Source of the DNA: an uncultured Clostridia bacterium
Lineage (GTDB): Bacteria > Bacillota > Clostridia > Christensenellales > CAG-138
DNA length: 63,721 nucleotides
Direction: 5' to 3'
NCBI GenBank assembly: GCA_905235205.1
Contig: CAJOKM010000001.1
Location: forward strand, 1-63,721
Numbering within the stretch: the first letter of the stretch is position 1; the number at the start of each line of letters is the position of its first letter. A program made the translations under genes and the position numbers. The notes beneath the pieces are model-generated. The model was given only the letters and a program-made list of their open reading frames with translations. It did no database searches and was not told the origin of the DNA. Below are positions 1 through 7,917 of the stretch, one piece after another.

Positions 1-708
1 TATAAGGAGAATGTGAAGGCGGGTACCGCGTACATCTTCATCACGTTCCCGAACAAGGACTACAAGGACTGCAGAACGTGGTTCAAGATCTATCTGCCGC
101 CAACGACTTCGACGAAGGTCGAGAACGTAGAGAACGGCATCAAGATCAGCTGGACGAAGGTGGAAGGCGCCGCGGGCTACGTGGTCTACCGCCGCGCATG
201 GAACCTGAAGGATGCGGGCTGGACAACGTTCGAGCGCTGGAACAACACGACGGGAACGTCGTGGGTCGACACGAAGGTCTACGCGGGCACGCGGTACCAG
301 TACGGCGTGAAGGCATACTTTGCAAGACGTGCGGATGCAGTGACGGGCGCGATGATCGGCGGCAACGTAGGCGACAACTACAACCTGGGTCTGGTCGGAC
401 CGCTGAAGACGACGGTACGCATCACGACGCGCGTGCTGAACAGCGTCACGCCGGGCAGCAAGAAGCTGACGGTGAAGTGGACGGGATCGAGCCTGTTCAC
501 GGGCTACCAGATACAGGTCGCAACGGATGCGAAGTTCACGCAGGATCTGAAGACGGTGACGGTCGACAACGCGAAGACGTACGAGAAAGCGGTCACGGGT
601 CTGAAGGCGAAGACGACGTACTATGTACGCGTGCGTTCGTACCACATCTTCGAAGGCATGACCTACTACGGCCAGTGGTCGAACGTTTTGAACGGCAAGA
701 CGAAGTAA
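1..708 (+). CDS. C-terminal fragment of a secreted/cell-surface protein with fibronectin-III-like repeats (5' end outside window)
   Basis: Frame is open from nt 1 (YKEN precedes the GTG listed at 13); stop TAA at 706-708. Two Fn3-like units (GIKISWTKVEGAAGYVVYRR; LTVKWTGSSLFTGYQIQVA...TTYYVRVRSY). Family call from motif memory only. Confidence 0.7.
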   Translation, partial: YKENVKAGTAYIFITFPNKDYKDCRTWFKIYLPPTTSTKVENVENGIKISWTKVEGAAGYVVYRRAWNLKDAGWTTFERWNNTTGTSWVDTKVYAGTRYQYGVKAYFARRADAVTGAMIGGNVGDNYNLGLVGPLKTTVRITTRVLNSVTPGSKKLTVKWTGSSLFTGYQIQVATDAKFTQDLKTVTVDNAKTYEKAVTGLKAKTTYYVRVRSYHIFEGMTYYGQWSNVLNGKTK

Positions 709-824
709 CGTCCTGAAAACAAAAGGCTCAATGTCAATAGTTGGGGTTGAGCTTGCAGAAAGAAATGAAACAGGGAACGAATCCACCGCCCTCGGGGCGG
801 TGGATTCGCCGCGTTTGAGGGGGT

Positions 825-908
825 GTTGAAAGATAAAAGGATGCGCTGCCGAAAGTTGGTAAAGTTACGGTACCCGAACGCGATCCGCTTCAGCACCTTG
901 ATCGAGCC
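825..908 (-). mobile_element. Scar of an ISL3-family transposase gene (last ~28 codons only)
   Basis: Minus-strand translation GSIKVLKRIAFGYRNFTNFRQRILLSFN resembles the conserved C-terminal end of ISL3 (DDE_Tnp_ISL3) transposases as I remember it (..KIK..KR.a.G(F/Y)RNF.NFR.RIL). No transposase body upstream in any frame. Confidence 0.4.
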
Positions 909-1056
909 TGTGAAATAAAGTCTGTAAATAGATACAATAGGAGGCCTTAGAAAATGGCAACAGTATCTCATAAAACCGCCTGCATTGCAAGCATGCTTTT
1001 ATCTCGGGACCCGTCGGAATACGCCGACTGACAGTATGTTTCGGGTACGAATGCGG

Positions 1057-2049
1057 TCAGTTGAAAGAACGCTCCAGATACGCTTCCGCGGCACGCACGG
1101 TCCGGACGAGATACCGGATCGCGGCAACAGGATACGCGCCGGTTGCCGTTTCACCGGTCAGCATCACGGACGCGGCGCCGTCGAGAACGGCGTTGAAGAT
1201 ATCGCATACCTCGGCGCGGGTCGGAATCGGGCGCCGGATCATGGAATCGAGCATCTGCGTCACGATCGTAAAGTCCCGCTCGGCGGCGCGGCAGGCTGCC
1301 GCGATGCGCTTCTGCACGGCAGGCAGCTCCCAAAGCGGCACGGCGTTACCGAGATCGCCGCGCGCGATCACGATCTCATCGCAATACGGGATCAGCTCCG
1401 AAAGCGCGTCAACGCCTTCCGTGCTTTCGATCTTCGCAAACAGGCGAATCTCCTTGCCGCCGGCGCGATCCAGAGCGCTGTGCACCTCAATCAGATCTTC
1501 CTTTCTGCGCACGAACGGCTGCATCACGGCGGTCACGCCGTAAGCCGCCGCAAGGCGGATATGCCGTCGATCCGTTTCCGTCATCGCGGGCGTATCAAAC
1601 GAACGCCCCGGCAGAGCGACGCTTTTTCTGCTTTCCAGTACGCCGCCGCGCGTCACCAGAAGACGATCGGACTCCTTAATCTTGAGCAGGATCTTTCCGT
1701 CGTCCAGGAGGATCTCCTGTCCGTGAGGACAGTCTGAAAGAACGGACAAAACCGCATCGGGAAACGGGATCGCGTCGATACAAACGGTTTCACCCGCGTT
1801 CAGACAAACGGGCTTTCCAAGACCGCCGATGCGAAGCTCGGGTCCCTGCATGTCGATCAGAAGCTGCGGTTTTTTTCCGCACGTCATTGCCGCATTCCGA
1901 TACGCGTCGATCAGATCCGAAGCGTCTTCCAAAGCGGCGTGCGACAGGTTCAGCCGCATGCCGTCCAGTCCTTCCGAGATCATCTGTTTTAAGGTGTCCG
2001 GTTCCCGGCATGCGGGCCCGAGCGTTCCGTATACGGTTACATGTTTCAT
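1057..2049 (-). CDS. Pyruvate kinase-like protein, barrel domains only (330 aa)
   Basis: Ordered pyruvate-kinase motifs GTLGPA, MRLNLSH, DMQGPELR, VIARGDLG, TQMLDSM. SD GGAAGGAG lies upstream of the ATG at 2049. The protein ends well before the usual C-terminal regulatory domain. Confidence 0.85.
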   Translation of the reverse strand: MKHVTVYGTLGPACREPDTLKQMISEGLDGMRLNLSHAALEDASDLIDAYRNAAMTCGKKPQLLIDMQGPELRIGGLGKPVCLNAGETVCIDAIPFPDAVLSVLSDCPHGQEILLDDGKILLKIKESDRLLVTRGGVLESRKSVALPGRSFDTPAMTETDRRHIRLAAAYGVTAVMQPFVRRKEDLIEVHSALDRAGGKEIRLFAKIESTEGVDALSELIPYCDEIVIARGDLGNAVPLWELPAVQKRIAAACRAAERDFTIVTQMLDSMIRRPIPTRAEVCDIFNAVLDGAASVMLTGETATGAYPVAAIRYLVRTVRAAEAYLERSFN

Positions 2050-2153
2050 ATCCGTGCTCCTTCCGGTTTGTCCTCAGTATAGCACATCCGGACCGCGCCG
2101 AAAAGATACGATCGAATGGCGGCGCCCGTTCCGGGTAATCTTTACTTTCTGCT

Positions 2154-2181
2154 TGAAGAAACACCGGGTTTCCGATATAAT
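2154..2181 (+). promoter_or_regulatory. Candidate sigma70-type promoter for the flavoprotein cluster
   Basis: TTGAAG (2154-2159), 16-nt spacer, TATAAT (2176-2181). It sits ~30 nt upstream of the ATG at 2210. Confidence 0.45.
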
Positions 2182-2209
2182 AGCAGTATCGAAAATCAAG
2201 GAGCGAAGA

Positions 2210-2836
2210 ATGGCAAACGTACTTTTACTCAACGGCAGTCCGCGCGCAAACGGCTGTACGGCGACGGCACTGCAGGAGATGATCGGCGTATTCCAAGCGG
2301 AGGGCGTCGAGACCGAACTGATCCACGTCGGAAACAGGGAGATTCGCGGGTGCATCGCCTGCAACCGGTGCGAACAATTGCAGCGGTGCGTGTTTGACGA
2401 CATCGTCAACGAGGTCGCGAAAAAGTTCGAAGCGGCGGACGGTCTGGTCGTGGGCAGCCCGGTTTATTACAGCTCGCCCAACGGCACGTTGCTGGCGTTT
2501 TTGGACCGGCTGTTTTACAGCACGCCGTTTTCCAAACACATGAAGGTCGGCGCAGCGGTCGTTTCATGCCGCAGGGGCGGGAACACCGCGTCGTTTGACG
2601 TGCTGAATAAGTATTTCACCATCAGCGGCATGCCGGTCGCGTCGTCGACATACTGGAACCAGGTGCACGGCTTTACGGCCGAGGACGTCAGAAAGGACCT
2701 GGAGGGACTTGAGACCATGCGAAATCTTGCCCGCAACATGGCGTTTCTGATCAAAGCGATTGCGGACGCGAAGCAGACCTACGGGCTGCCCGTACAGGAG
2801 CGCAAACAGTTCACCAGCTTCCCGGACGGCAAATAA
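2210..2836 (+). CDS. Flavodoxin-fold NAD(P)H-dependent FMN reductase / iron-sulfur flavoprotein family
   Basis: Internal start MANVLLLNGSPRANGCT preceded by SD AAGGAG (2197-2202). The upstream part of the listed ORF (1829-2209) overlaps the pyruvate kinase gene. Cys cluster CIACNRCEQLQRC is typical of this family. Confidence 0.8.
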   Translation: MANVLLLNGSPRANGCTATALQEMIGVFQAEGVETELIHVGNREIRGCIACNRCEQLQRCVFDDIVNEVAKKFEAADGLVVGSPVYYSSPNGTLLAFLDRLFYSTPFSKHMKVGAAVVSCRRGGNTASFDVLNKYFTISGMPVASSTYWNQVHGFTAEDVRKDLEGLETMRNLARNMAFLIKAIADAKQTYGLPVQERKQFTSFPDGK

Positions 2837-2865
2837 CAGGCAAAAAACCATACGGAGGTACTATC

Positions 2866-3429
2866 ATGAAACAGCAAATCAAAACCACAGAAGCTATTTT
2901 CCCGATGCCGGTCCTGCTCATCTCGACCTTCAATCCGGACGGAACCGTCGACGTCATGAACGCGGCGTGGGGTACCATGGTCGATCGCAACACGGTCGCG
3001 CTGAACCTGAGCGAGAGGCATCGGACCGTGCAGAACATCAAGGCGCGCAAGGGCTTTGTCGTGCATATCGCAGACGCGAAGCATGTGATCGAGGCGGACT
3101 GGTTCGGCGTTGTCAGCGGCAATCAGGAGCCGGAGAAGTTCCAAAAGACCGGCATGACCTATGTGACGTCCGAGCTCGTGGACGCGCCGGTCATCAACGA
3201 ACTGCCCATCGCGCTCGAATGCGAGTTTGTTGAATACCAGGACGGCGCGACGGGTCTCGGCGTCATCGGCAAAGTGCTGCGCACGTCGGTCGAGGAAGCC
3301 CATCTGAAGGATGGCAAGGTCGATATCGATTCGCTCGAAGCGATCGCGTTCGATCCGTATACGCACGGCTACTATAAGGTCGGCGGCAGAGTCGGCGACG
3401 CGTTCAAAGACGGTTTGAAGCTGAAATAA
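2866..3429 (+). CDS. Flavin reductase-like (FMN-binding split-barrel) protein
   Basis: PMPVLLISTFNPDGTVDVMNAAWG is the characteristic N-terminal pattern of flavin reductase-like domain proteins. SD GGAGG lies upstream. Confidence 0.75.
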   Translation: MKQQIKTTEAIFPMPVLLISTFNPDGTVDVMNAAWGTMVDRNTVALNLSERHRTVQNIKARKGFVVHIADAKHVIEADWFGVVSGNQEPEKFQKTGMTYVTSELVDAPVINELPIALECEFVEYQDGATGLGVIGKVLRTSVEEAHLKDGKVDIDSLEAIAFDPYTHGYYKVGGRVGDAFKDGLKLK

Positions 3430-3438
3430 GAGGCGCGT

Positions 3439-3981
3439 ATGAGCAACGTACTGGTCATTTCCACAAGCCTGCGCGGCAAGAGCAATTCCGATCTGTTTGC
3501 GGAGCGGGTGATCGCGGGCGCAGCGGACGCGGGACATACGGTCGAGCATATCAGCCTGAAGGGGAAGGAGATCCGGTTCTGCATCGGCTGTCTTGCCTGT
3601 CAGAGGACGCAGAAATGCATTCAAAAGGACGACGCCGTTTGGATCGCGGAGAAGGTCAAAGACGCGGATACCCTGGTCTTTGCAACGCCGATCTATTACT
3701 ATGAGATGAGCGGGCAGATGAAGACGCTGCTGGATCGACTGAACCCGCTGTTTCCGTCGGATTACCGGTTCCGCAACGTCTACCTGCTTGCGACGGCGGC
3801 GGAGGACGAAGCGGAAACGCCCGAGAAGGCGATAAACGGGCTAAAGGGTTGGATCGACTGCTTTGATAAAGCGGAATTATCCGGCACGCTGTTTCTCGGC
3901 GGCGTCAACGCTCCCGGAGAAGCCGCAAAACTGCCGGAGAAGCTGGAAAAAGCATATGCGTTCGGGAAAGCGCTTTTGTAA
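3439..3981 (+). CDS. NAD(P)H-dependent FMN reductase / iron-sulfur flavoprotein family
   Basis: MSNVLVISTSLRGKSNS...CIGCLACQRTQKCIQKDD...FATPIYYYEMSGQMK. Paralogous in style to the gene at 2210-2836. Confidence 0.8.
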   Translation: MSNVLVISTSLRGKSNSDLFAERVIAGAADAGHTVEHISLKGKEIRFCIGCLACQRTQKCIQKDDAVWIAEKVKDADTLVFATPIYYYEMSGQMKTLLDRLNPLFPSDYRFRNVYLLATAAEDEAETPEKAINGLKGWIDCFDKAELSGTLFLGGVNAPGEAAKLPEKLEKAYAFGKALL

Positions 3982-4528
3982 GCTTGCCATAGCGCTGCTT
4001 GCGCTTTTCGTGCTCGGCTGCGGGAGCTTGCCCGAGCCGGTCATGCCGGAAGCCGAAAAGGCGGACACGCCGCAAAACAGCGCCGCAGCAACAGCACGCG
4101 CGACACAGATCCCGACGGTCTCCGAACCGGACGCGAATGAGGACACAGAGGAGACAGACCGGATGATCTACGCGCATGTGAACGGCAGAACGCTTTCGAT
4201 CCTCCCGGAACAGAACACGTCCGCGGAGGCGTTAATCGAATTGCTTGAAGCCCAGGACGTGACGGTCGATATGCACGATTACGGTGCGTTCGAAAAGGTC
4301 GGCGCGCTCGGCGCGACGCTTGTGCGCAACGACGAGCAGATCACGACCGCGCCCGGCGACGTGATTCTGTATCAGGGCGATCAGATCACGATCTATTACG
4401 ACGTGAACAGCTGGAACTTCACGCGGCTCGGGAAGGTGCAGGGACTCACCCAATCGGAGCTCCGCGAGATTTTAGGCGACGGAGATGTAACGGTCACGTT
4501 TTCCCTCTCGACAGCGCCGCCCGCGTAA
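3956..4528 (+). CDS. Lipoprotein with cyclophilin-like (non-PPIase) C-terminal domain
   Basis: Internal ATG at 3956 gives MRSGKRFCKLAIALLALFVLGCGS (basic n-region, hydrophobic core, lipobox VLGC). The C-terminal part (HVNGRTLSILPEQNTSA...DVILYQGDQITIYY) resembles the cyclophilin-like fold family often found next to flavodoxins (from memory). Confidence 0.6.
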   Translation: MRSGKRFCKLAIALLALFVLGCGSLPEPVMPEAEKADTPQNSAAATARATQIPTVSEPDANEDTEETDRMIYAHVNGRTLSILPEQNTSAEALIELLEAQDVTVDMHDYGAFEKVGALGATLVRNDEQITTAPGDVILYQGDQITIYYDVNSWNFTRLGKVQGLTQSELREILGDGDVTVTFSLSTAPPA

Positions 4529-4542
4529 GGGATTCGAACAAT

Positions 4543-4567
4543 GATCCCCCGGCAAAGCCGGGGGATC
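4543..4567. terminator. Hairpin between convergent genes (bidirectional terminator candidate)
   Basis: GATCCCCCGGC-AAA-GCCGGGGGATC, a perfect 11-bp stem, followed by CTTGCTTTCTG. Confidence 0.5.
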
Positions 4568-4586
4568 CTTGCTTTCTGTCGGGCGC

Positions 4587-5822
4587 TCAGACGTGCAGCA
4601 GAGCGACGGCAACGTCATTGACGTTTGTGCCGGTCGGTCCGGTCAGAATGAGCCCGTTTGTCTTTTGCAGCGCGTGATACGCGTCGTTATTGCCGAGCAC
4701 CGCGTCCACGGTAAGACCGGCCGCGGCAAGTTCTTTTACGGTATCGGCGTCGACATAGCCGCCTGCGGCGTCGGTCGGTCCGTCGGTCCCGTCGCTGCCG
4801 ACCGAGAACACGGCGGCGTTCGGCATGTCCGAAATCCCCGCAGCGGCGGCAAGCGCCAGCTCCTGATTGCGTCCGCCGAGTCCCTTTCCGACCAGCTTGA
4901 CGACCGTTTCACCCCCGGCGATAAACGCAAGCGACTGTCCGTCAGACGCGTGTGTTTTGAGGACCGAGGCAAGGAAGCTTCCGGCTTCCTTCGCCTGACA
5001 GCAGAGCTGATCGGTCAGAAGCACGGGCGTATAGCCGAGCCGCGCGCAGGTGTTCGCCGCGGCGGCGCACAGCTCACGCACGCTGCCGTTGATCTGCGAA
5101 CGCACGTTGCTGAGGATCTTCGGCGTTTCGACGGCGAGCAGCGCGCGCGCCGCGTCGCTCATTTTAAGATCGTATTTTTTCGCGATGCGCTGCGCGTCCT
5201 CGGTCGTAGAGGAGTCCGGACATGCCGGACCGGACGCGATCATATCCAGCGGATCGCCGAGAATATCCGAGAGAATCACGGCTTCGACCTTCGCGGGCCA
5301 GACAATCTCGGCAAACCGACCGCCCTTGACGGCGGACAGGCGTTTGCGGATTGTGTTGATCTCCGTGATGTCGGCGCCGCAGGCAAGAAGCTGTCCGGTG
5401 ATATCCTGCAGCTCCCAAGCCGGGATCAGCGGCTTTTCAAACAGCGCGCTGCCGCCGCCGGAGAGCAGAAACAGCACCGTATCCTGTTCGGAGAGATCCG
5501 AAACCAGATCCAAAGCCGCCTGCGTGCCCCGAAACGAGTTTTCATCGGGAATCGGATGCCCGGCTTCGAAACAGTCGAAGTTCGCGATCGGACCTAAGAC
5601 GTGACCGTATTTTGTGACGACAACGCCCTTTTCAATGCGGCTTTTCAGCGCATCGGACGCTGCTTTTGCCATCTGCCAGGCGGCTTTACCCGCGGCAACG
5701 AGCAGGACCCGTCCGGGGAAGACCATCTTTTGGAGCGCACGCTGCACGGCGGCGTCCGGCTGCACGGCGGCGATCGCCTCCTTTACGATTTGATCCGCAT
5801 GGGAACGTAAGAGTTGATTCAT
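4587..5822 (-). CDS. Glycerate 2-kinase / hydroxypyruvate reductase family (DUF4147 + MOFRL)
   Basis: Start MNQLLRSHADQIV at 5822, overlapping the stop of the upstream gene as ATGA. Motifs LLVAAGKAA, GHPIPDENS, LFLLSGGGSAL, GGETVV, GLGGRNQELALAAA. Confidence 0.85.
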   Translation of the reverse strand: MNQLLRSHADQIVKEAIAAVQPDAAVQRALQKMVFPGRVLLVAAGKAAWQMAKAASDALKSRIEKGVVVTKYGHVLGPIANFDCFEAGHPIPDENSFRGTQAALDLVSDLSEQDTVLFLLSGGGSALFEKPLIPAWELQDITGQLLACGADITEINTIRKRLSAVKGGRFAEIVWPAKVEAVILSDILGDPLDMIASGPACPDSSTTEDAQRIAKKYDLKMSDAARALLAVETPKILSNVRSQINGSVRELCAAAANTCARLGYTPVLLTDQLCCQAKEAGSFLASVLKTHASDGQSLAFIAGGETVVKLVGKGLGGRNQELALAAAAGISDMPNAAVFSVGSDGTDGPTDAAGGYVDADTVKELAAAGLTVDAVLGNNDAYHALQKTNGLILTGPTGTNVNDVAVALLHV

Positions 5823-6100
5823 ATTAAAAACAATGTTTCTACCGCACGCCTCAGGTTTTGCTTGATGGCGGCGTAGTCGTGGGACGGACTGCATTCATAC
5901 AGCTTTTGCGTTCCTAAAAACACGCTCGGCACGCGGTAATAGTCGTATCGATCTGCAATCTCCGCGTTGCGCCGTTCCTCGATCCATTCGATCCGGTCGG
6001 CGGAAAAAGCCGGCAGCTCGGCCTCCAGCTCCCGAAAAGCGCGTTCGGCGTTGCGGCAATAGGGGCAGCCCTTTAGGTAAAAGACGGTCAGTTTATTCAT
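5819..6100 (-). CDS. Glutaredoxin/NrdH-like small thioredoxin-fold protein
   Basis: Internal start MNKLTVFYLKGCPYCRNAE (CPYC active site) at 6100 with SD GGAGGG. The upstream part of the listed ORF is Arg/Gly-rich and lacks an SD. Confidence 0.75.
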   Translation of the reverse strand: MNKLTVFYLKGCPYCRNAERAFRELEAELPAFSADRIEWIEERRNAEIADRYDYYRVPSVFLGTQKLYECSPSHDYAAIKQNLRRAVETLFLI

Positions 6101-6147
6101 AATAGCCCTCCGTACCAGTTCATGTACCGGTTCACGGTTTGGATTCC

Positions 6148-6729
6148 TTATGGCGCGATCCTGCGGATCAGTTCCTTTTGTCGAATTAGCTGATCCCGGA
6201 TGCTGCAAAACACATCCGCTTCGGTTGTTTCCGCTTCTCGGGAAGCCGGCATCGATCTGCTCCGGGCGATCGCGTCCGTATACGCCGCGATGCCTCTTTG
6301 CAAGGCACAAAGGGTTTCTTTGTCCAGGATCAACAGCTTTCCGTCCTGATAGTAGGCATGCATTTTTTCTGCTGTATCGATCAGCTCGTCAAGCGCTTCT
6401 TCTCTGATGATCCCGTCCTGTGCCGACTGAAGATACTCCAACAGCATCTCTTCCAGCGCAGCGCAGGTATTGTTGATCCGCACGGCTTCCTTTTCCGCGC
6501 GAAAGTCTTCCGCCGTTTTCCCCCGGTTTTTGAACTTCTTTCTGATCCACATGACGAAAGCGGTCAGAATGCCGAGAGAAATGCCGTAGGTAGCGGCTTC
6601 CAAAACAGCATCTCCGTCGATCCGGTTCTCGGAACCGTCGTCATGGACAGCACGACAAAGCGTTTTTCCCGAGCTGAGGCTCGAGAGCAAATCCGGGTGG
6701 ATTTCCGGATTCACACCGACTTCGATCAT
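6148..6729 (-). CDS. Hypothetical single-TM protein
   Basis: Start MIEVGVNPE at 6729 with SD GGGAGG. One hydrophobic helix (ATYGISLGILTAFVMWI) followed by a helical, acidic C-terminal half. No family recognised. Confidence 0.5.
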   Translation of the reverse strand: MIEVGVNPEIHPDLLSSLSSGKTLCRAVHDDGSENRIDGDAVLEAATYGISLGILTAFVMWIRKKFKNRGKTAEDFRAEKEAVRINNTCAALEEMLLEYLQSAQDGIIREEALDELIDTAEKMHAYYQDGKLLILDKETLCALQRGIAAYTDAIARSRSMPASREAETTEADVFCSIRDQLIRQKELIRRIAP

Positions 6730-6880
6730 CTTCAACGTTCCTCCCGACTTATCGAAAGCATTGTAGCATGAAAACCGCTGTAAAATCAACAGATATGCGA
6801 AAACGGACAGGAACCGCGGCGGAGCAAGGCGAAGCGATGATTCTTCGCATGTTTCTTGGGCATCAGAAAAAGATGCTTGG

Positions 6881-6905
6881 AGGCGCAGATACGCGCCTTT
6901 TTCTT
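6881..6905 (+). terminator. Orphan intrinsic-terminator-like hairpin
   Basis: AGGCGC-agatac-GCGCCT followed by TTTTCTT. No annotated plus-strand gene lies upstream. Confidence 0.3.
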
Positions 6906-6987
6906 ATGCTGGTTGAGGACCGTTCTCGGGGAATTGAAAGATGCGGAACCGCCGGAACGGAAATTGAGCGGAATGTGTGGCGTCGGG

Positions 6988-7020
6988 CCCGAAGGATTGT
7001 ATCACTTCGGGCAATTTTTT
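6988..7020 (+). terminator. Intrinsic-terminator-like hairpin just upstream of the TIR operon promoter
   Basis: CCCGAAG-gattgtatca-CTTCGGG followed by CAATTTTTT. Confidence 0.5.
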
Positions 7021-7028
7021 ATTTGGGA

Positions 7029-7057
7029 TTGACGGAAACAGCGGGCACGTATACAAT
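7029..7057 (+). promoter_or_regulatory. Sigma70-type promoter of the five-gene TIR operon
   Basis: TTGACG (7029-7034), 17-nt spacer, TACAAT (7052-7057). SD GGAGGA at 7097-7102; ATG at 7108. Confidence 0.6.
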
Positions 7058-7107
7058 ATATAATTGGAATAACAGAAGCGACAGCGAAGCGCACGGGGAG
7101 GATACGG

Positions 7108-7917
7108 ATGGTGAGGTTTTCGGAGCTTTTTCCGCCGTATGGGGGCGAACAGCCGTATCTGTATTTTTGCTTTTCAGACGCGGATGCGAGGCGACTGCGG
7201 TCGCTGTTTCGGCGGCTGTATGAACGCGGCTGCCGCATCTGGTACCCCATAGGGCACGGCAGCACCGCTTTAGAGCGGGAACTGCGCGATGCGCGTATGC
7301 GCAAGGCACGGCTTGTGGTCCTGTATCAGACCAAACGTGCGCGTATGGATCAGGCGGTAAAGAGCGCGGTGCTCGTTTGTCAGGAGAAGAGCATCCCGAT
7401 CATCAGCCTCGACGCGGACGACGCGGAAAGCACGCTGTCCATGGGGCTGGATTCACGCGCGGTCCATCTCAAAATGCGCAGCGTCGATGCGACGGAAACC
7501 GCATTGCTCCATGCGAACGGCTTTTCACAGGAGTTGATCGGTCCATCGTTGCCCGTTCGCAAAAAGCCGGTTCTTGCGATTGCAACCGCAATTTTCGCCG
7601 CTGTGTTTCTGATGATCGGCGCAGCGGCTCTGGTTCGGCGCCTTCGTCCGCCCCCGACGGAACAGCCCGGCGATACGGTTTTCTTTTCCGATCCCGTCCT
7701 GACCGCGGCGGTGCGGGACGCGCTTGGCGGCGAACCGATCACCGAAGAATCGCTTGAGACGGTTACGACGCTTCGTTTCGATGCGCTGCCCGAACATACG
7801 GATGAGCTTGCTTTGCTTTCCAATCTTTCCCGCATCAAATTGAATCAGGCGAATGCGGACGACGCCGCTTCGCTTCTCGAACGGTATGAAATCGTGCTGA
7901 CGGGAGGCGGGCTATGA
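7108..7917 (+). CDS. TIR-like domain / single TM / short LRR-cap protein (paralogue 1, degenerate TIR)
   Basis: The N-terminus LFPPYGGEQPYLYFCFSDAD...RIWYP...LVVLYQ parallels the gene-2 TIR core. TM helix at aa 154-176 (PVLAIATAIFAAVFLMIGAAALV). The C-terminus FFSDPVLTAAVRDALGGEPITEESLETVTTL is an internalin-type LRR N-cap. The stop overlaps the next start (ATGA). Confidence 0.8.
   Translation: MVRFSELFPPYGGEQPYLYFCFSDADARRLRSLFRRLYERGCRIWYPIGHGSTALERELRDARMRKARLVVLYQTKRARMDQAVKSAVLVCQEKSIPIISLDADDAESTLSMGLDSRAVHLKMRSVDATETALLHANGFSQELIGPSLPVRKKPVLAIATAIFAAVFLMIGAAALVRRLRPPPTEQPGDTVFFSDPVLTAAVRDALGGEPITEESLETVTTLRFDALPEHTDELALLSNLSRIKLNQANADDAASLLERYEIVLTGGGL

Noticed and set aside
779-807. 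Perfect 13-bp hairpin as the terminator of the Fn3-repeat gene
   Set aside because: There is no U-tract on either strand, and it sits next to an IS remnant. It may be IS-related or a Rho-dependent element, so it is not called as a terminator.
954-1031. 25-codon ORF MATVSHKTACIASMLLSRDPSEYAD preceded by AGGAGG (939-944)
   Set aside because: It is too short to evaluate without comparative data and lies in decayed IS-flanking DNA. Noted only.
1829-2209. N-terminal extension of the flavoprotein ORF (listed start 1829)
   Set aside because: It overlaps the pyruvate kinase gene on the other strand. SD AAGGAG and a TTGAAG-16-TATAAT promoter support the ATG at 2210.
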